Source of the DNA: Staphylococcus phage S-CoN_Ph3 | DNA: 64,000 nt | Sequence record: OR354826.1 | Strand: one strand, 5' to 3' | Part shown: positions 60,369-64,000 of the stretch, in pieces | How the letters are laid out: each line of letters opens with the position of its first letter | Numbering within the stretch: position 1 is the first letter of the stretch | Program-made: the position numbers and the translations under genes | The notes under the pieces: generated by a model | The model's input: the letters and a program-made list of their open reading frames with translations, nothing else | Told to the model about the DNA's origin: nothing | Databases searched by the model: none

Positions 60369-61244
60369 CTAAATCACTAATAGCTTTTTGACGCCATTGT
60401 TTAGCTTCTTCAATTTGTTCTTCGTCGTATTCTCTACCGTCAGCATAAGGTGTAGTACCCCTACAACTTCAAAGTTATTAACAAAATTACGTTTAACTTC
60501 TGCTAAATCTTCTGTGTCTCCAAAACCGTCAATCTCTTCTTGTAATTCTTCTGGTTCAGCATCTACTGCGTAATTATTAATTTTTAATGTAAATTTACCA
60601 GTGTCGCCCTCGTCGTATAACTCTTCAAATTTTTCAGCAATATCAGATGGAACAATAGCTTCAATAGGAATGATTGGTCTAGCATTGTCACGTAATTGTT
60701 TGTAGAAATCAACATTAAAGAATTCTAATTTTTTATCGTCTGTTGGTAATCCGTCGTCATCATTAATATCTTTGATACCAGTAACGATACCTTCGACTAC
60801 TACTTTAGCTTTAGGTCCTTTGGCTTTCTTAACCTGTTCTTCTGTTAATCTATTAAAGAATTTTGCACTAACATTATTGTGACGTCTAGTATTTCCGTCT
60901 TGACCAATATATTCGTTTAATTCTACTGAACCGTCAACTCTAACTAAATCTGCTTCTTTCTTATTACCTGTATCTTCAATTGATTTATATTCATCTAATA
61001 CTGTTTTAAATCCTTTATATAAACCGTTCTCGTTACCATCCTGTTTAAATCTATTAGAATAAACACGTGCTCTAATATCATGAGAACGTACTTCTCCATT
61101 AACTGATTCTTCTACAAGAATAGTTACAGAACCTTTAATGTTTTCTTTGCCGTCTTTTGTTTCTCCTAATTCAAGGTCTACTGATTTAACACGACCAATA
61201 ACCTCTGCCTCATTCTTTAATGCTTTTAATGTTGTATCTGCCAT
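60369..61244 (-). CDS. hypothetical protein (position next to Sak4-like gene suggests ssDNA-binding or recombination partner)
   Basis: 291-aa ORF; no firm motif. Confidence 0.3.
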   Translation of the reverse strand: MADTTLKALKNEAEVIGRVKSVDLELGETKDGKENIKGSVTILVEESVNGEVRSHDIRARVYSNRFKQDGNENGLYKGFKTVLDEYKSIEDTGNKKEADLVRVDGSVELNEYIGQDGNTRRHNNVSAKFFNRLTEEQVKKAKGPKAKVVVEGIVTGIKDINDDDGLPTDDKKLEFFNVDFYKQLRDNARPIIPIEAIVPSDIAEKFEELYDEGDTGKFTLKINNYAVDAEPEELQEEIDGFGDTEDLAEVKRNFVNNFEVVGVLHLMLTVENTTKNKLKKLNNGVKKLLVI

Positions 61245-61279
61245 AAATAATTTCTCCTTCTTTTTTTAATCTGTTATTC

Positions 61280-61309
61280 ATTATAACATGACACCCCTAA
61301 AGGTGTCAA
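61280..61309 (-). promoter_or_regulatory. sigma-70-type promoter in hairpin GACACCCCTAAAGGTGTC (TTGACA, 18-bp spacer, TATAAT)
   Basis: plus-strand TGTCAA 61304-61309, ATTATA 61280-61285. Confidence 0.5.
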
Positions 61310-61338
61310 GTAAAAGTTAATTATTTTTGATAAAAATG

Positions 61339-61575
61339 TTATCCTAATGTTCCAACAAATTGCATACATTCCATTTGACCTTTGTATACAGTGTCATCTC
61401 CTTGTCGATTGTCAATGATAGCTGGAACACTCATAATGCCATGTTCTACAGCAATGTCTGGTGTTTCCTCAACATCGACATATTCAACATCAACATTCTT
61501 GTCAGCCAATTGGCTTTTCACAATAGGACATCTTGTGCAACTTTGTGTACTTAACATATAAATTTTGTTTTCCAT
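61339..61575 (-). CDS. glutaredoxin-like / NrdH-like redoxin
   Basis: 78 aa, CTRC active-site dithiol near N-terminus, cis-Pro SVPAI motif. Confidence 0.5.
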   Translation of the reverse strand: MENKIYMLSTQSCTRCPIVKSQLADKNVDVEYVDVEETPDIAVEHGIMSVPAIIDNRQGDDTVYKGQMECMQFVGTLG

Positions 61576-61590
61576 AATTAAAAAACTCCT

Positions 61591-62574
61591 TTATCTCCAT
61601 CTTAATTCCATAGCTTTATGGTTTACTTTTTTGATTGCAGCTTCTATTGATTGTCTAACAGAAGATTCATCATTACCTATTATATCAGCTATGGCAACAT
61701 TTGTCAAGCCATTTCTGTAATATTTTAAACATTCTCTTTCTCTGTCTGTCATTTCAGTACGTTCTATAAGATTATCTAAATCATATAATATACATTGAAA
61801 ATCATTTTGGAAATCCCCATTAAATTTAAATCTCAATAATCCGTCTACTCTATTAAAGTGTGGATTACTATAATCTAATGAATACCCCTTTAAATGATTA
61901 TAATTTGCAAAATCAATTACATCTAAATTTGGCTGTGTCGATTCGCTAAAATATCTTAATGAATAGCCGTGAATTTTCATTAGACTATCTTTTGCTAATA
62001 TCATATCTTTTTTAACTTCGCCTTTGATTCTATCTACTTTAAACTTTTGACCTTCTTCTGATTTTCTTTTCAATACATTAAGATAAGTGTCATAGTCTCT
62101 GAGAACTGAGCCTAGCCAATCCCCACGTCTTAAGTCTTTAGCTGTTATTTTTTGGTCTTTACTTTTTTTATAATTACTTTGACCTGCTAATAGAAAATCT
62201 ATTACTTCTGGTTCTTGGTCTTGATATAATTTTTCTTTATTAACTGCTTTTCTAAAAGCATCTTCATCATAATAAAACTTATAATTCACATCGTTATCTT
62301 CTCTTGTATCAGCAGAATTAAGTAGATATGTTGCATAATTCTCCAATACTTTACAAACATTATTATCCATAGAAAGATAATCATTTTGAGAAGCTACTGG
62401 ATTATAGTAATCTGTAAAATATTCTTCAAAGAATGATGTCCCATCTAATGTTTGATTAATACAATCTAATCTATCGTTATAATTAAGAAGACTTCTATCC
62501 ATAACTTTATTTAATTTAATAGCATTAGTTCCGTCTAATGTTGCTGTAAAATTTTGTTGTGTTGTAAAAGCCAC
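61591..62574 (-). CDS. sigma-70-family region-4-like transcription regulator (putative phage sigma factor), GTG start
   Basis: C-terminus DRERECLKYYRNGLTNVAIADIIGNDESSVRQSIEAAIKKV resembles sigma region 4.2 / LuxR-type HTH. Confidence 0.45.
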   Translation of the reverse strand: MAFTTQQNFTATLDGTNAIKLNKVMDRSLLNYNDRLDCINQTLDGTSFFEEYFTDYYNPVASQNDYLSMDNNVCKVLENYATYLLNSADTREDNDVNYKFYYDEDAFRKAVNKEKLYQDQEPEVIDFLLAGQSNYKKSKDQKITAKDLRRGDWLGSVLRDYDTYLNVLKRKSEEGQKFKVDRIKGEVKKDMILAKDSLMKIHGYSLRYFSESTQPNLDVIDFANYNHLKGYSLDYSNPHFNRVDGLLRFKFNGDFQNDFQCILYDLDNLIERTEMTDRERECLKYYRNGLTNVAIADIIGNDESSVRQSIEAAIKKVNHKAMELRWR

Positions 62575-62633
62575 TATTTCTCAACTCCTATATTCTGTTT
62601 CATAAATAATACCTCCAATTATTTCGTATAATT

Positions 62634-62663
62634 ATTATAACATATGCGTAGTGTTCTTGTCAA
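62634..62663 (-). promoter_or_regulatory. sigma-70-type promoter upstream of sigma-like gene (TTGACA, 18-bp spacer, TATAAT)
   Basis: plus-strand TGTCAA 62658-62663, ATTATA 62634-62639. Confidence 0.45.
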
Positions 62664-62698
62664 TTATTATTTTTAAAAAAGATACATATTCATCCCTT

Positions 62699-62876
62699 TT
62701 TATAATACCCCTGTCATTTTTGAACAAAAAATTTTTAAAGCTAGTGTAAAAATAACCCCCTTATAGCTACAACAAATGTATATTAATAAGTCGGTAAAAA
62801 TTAAGCCCCCTATCTGACAACAAAATCATTTATAAAAAGGCGGCAAAATTGAACCCTACCTATCTGTAGAAAAACG
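62699..62876. repeat. four direct repeats (about 49-bp spacing) in AT-rich non-coding region: AAAAT-AA-CCCC-TATCTG-ACAACAAAA-like units
   Basis: units near 62699, 62747, 62796 and 62845 each with a C4-5 core followed by TAT(A/C)(G/T)CT..ACAA. Confidence 0.5.
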
Positions 62877-63332
62877 TTTTTATTTTTGGGGTAAAATCAG
62901 AGTGTTTTTGTTTAGGTTTGATGGTATATGACTATAGTATAATCTAATAGATAGGTTTCTTTTAGGTTTAAGTCATGTTCTATACAACAGTATTATATAC
63001 ATCTAATAGTTGTAATACACACAACATTCTCATAATTCATGTCAGTGTTTGTGCCTTAATAAATACTATAATGTAGTATTGATTGTTATTATCCTTATAG
63101 CATTTCTCAAAACTGTTTATTTTCAATAAATCTTCATTCTATTATATACTTTATATAATATATTTATAACTATAGTGTCGTAATATATATTACATTTAAT
63201 TATTATAGAATGTTCTCCAAAGGAATGTTTTTAGATACCCTATATGTTGAAAAGTGTGTTTTATTTTTATCTCATGTGCTACTATATAATCAATTAATTT
63301 ATACAATTATTCAATTATCTTGCTGTTATATA

Positions 63333-63782
63333 TTACGACTTCCATGCTAGTAATGTCAAATCACTAACGACTCCTATATCATATATTGCTTTAATATTAT
63401 TAACTTTATCTGTATCTTTTGTCTGAAACAACTTTTCTAACGTCATATTTTCAAATAATTGTTTGTTCCCATTTGTATATTCAACTAATAAATCGTATTT
63501 TCGGTTTTGAAAAATACTCATGTCTACTTCTTTATAATATCTTGCTATGTTTATAAAAGGTTTTTGTAAATCACTTTTATTTTTTAATCCAGATATAGCT
63601 ATGTCTCCGTTATTTTGTATTTTTATTTTAGTATCATTAAAGTTACTTATAATTGTTTTACTGAAAGGATTCAGTCTCTTATCCAAAATCATCTCCATTG
63701 TTTCAATAAGGTTTATTGTTGAGTTTGTACAAATGTGACTTGAAAAATCAAATTCATTTAACATATGTTTTCTGTTTTTCAT
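63333..63782 (-). CDS. hypothetical protein
   Basis: 149-aa ORF with RBS GGAGAAATAAGA upstream. Confidence 0.3.
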   Translation of the reverse strand: MKNRKHMLNEFDFSSHICTNSTINLIETMEMILDKRLNPFSKTIISNFNDTKIKIQNNGDIAISGLKNKSDLQKPFINIARYYKEVDMSIFQNRKYDLLVEYTNGNKQLFENMTLEKLFQTKDTDKVNNIKAIYDIGVVSDLTLLAWKS

Positions 63783-64000
63783 TCTTATTTCTCCTTTTTG
63801 TTTTTTAAATCTATTGTTAGTTTATCCTTCAATTATAAAAATTGTCATTTTTTTCTTTAAGAATAAATATTTAACATATCTGCCAGTTTTTTCCAAAAAT
63901 AAATTATCATGAAATTTATATATTCCCGCCGGGTTTTTTGATATTTTTTGTTATCATGAAAACTTTTTATTTTGCCTTAAAAAGTTCCCCGGGGTTTTTA

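Noticed and set aside
1-64000. CRISPR array or other defence-island repeats
   Set aside because: No regularly spaced identical repeats with unique spacers. The repeats found are in-gene tandem repeats, promoter hairpins and the 62.7-kb iteron-like array.

Overview
Low-GC, gene-dense phage or prophage DNA, most consistent with a large staphylococcal-type siphovirus or SPbeta-like element. The host assignment rests on a phi11-type holin, a CHAP-amidase_2-SH3b endolysin (LysK-like) and an intron-encoded I-KsaI-like HNH endonuclease. The plus strand (1-18.6 kb) carries the end of the late module: the 3' part of a tryptophan-rich tape measure gene with two families of tandem repeats, an M23+SLT tail lysin, baseplate and tail-fibre genes (one with a pectate-lyase-type beta-helix, plus an XkdX-family gene), membrane proteins, a holin, and an endolysin gene split into three exons by two group I introns (the second carries an HNH homing endonuclease). 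A co-directional tyrosine recombinase follows. From 18.7 kb to the end almost everything is on the minus strand. This early/replication module contains a YopX-like protein, a guanylate-kinase-like gene next to a Pnkp-type kinase-phosphatase-RNA-ligase fusion, many small membrane and unknown proteins, an SPFH/Band-7 protein, two paralogous free-standing HNH endonucleases, a PHP-domain Pol III alpha-type DNA polymerase, PhoH, a frameshifted RuvC-like resolvase, a frameshifted AAA+ ATPase, a DHH/RecJ-like phosphoesterase, RNase H, primase, a DnaB-family helicase encoded as two ORFs, nrdF-nrdE-nrdI, a Sak4-like ATPase, an NrdH-like redoxin and a sigma-70 region-4-like regulator. Minus-strand intergenic gaps repeatedly carry near-consensus TTGACA-N16-18-TATAAT promoters, often embedded in the terminator hairpin of the preceding gene. 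A 760-bp AT-rich non-coding region (62.6-63.3 kb) holds an array of about 49-bp-spaced direct repeats. No CRISPR arrays or tRNAs were recognised. Hand-derived coordinates may be off by 1 nt; one ORF-track coordinate (27559) disagrees by 1 nt with my reading.
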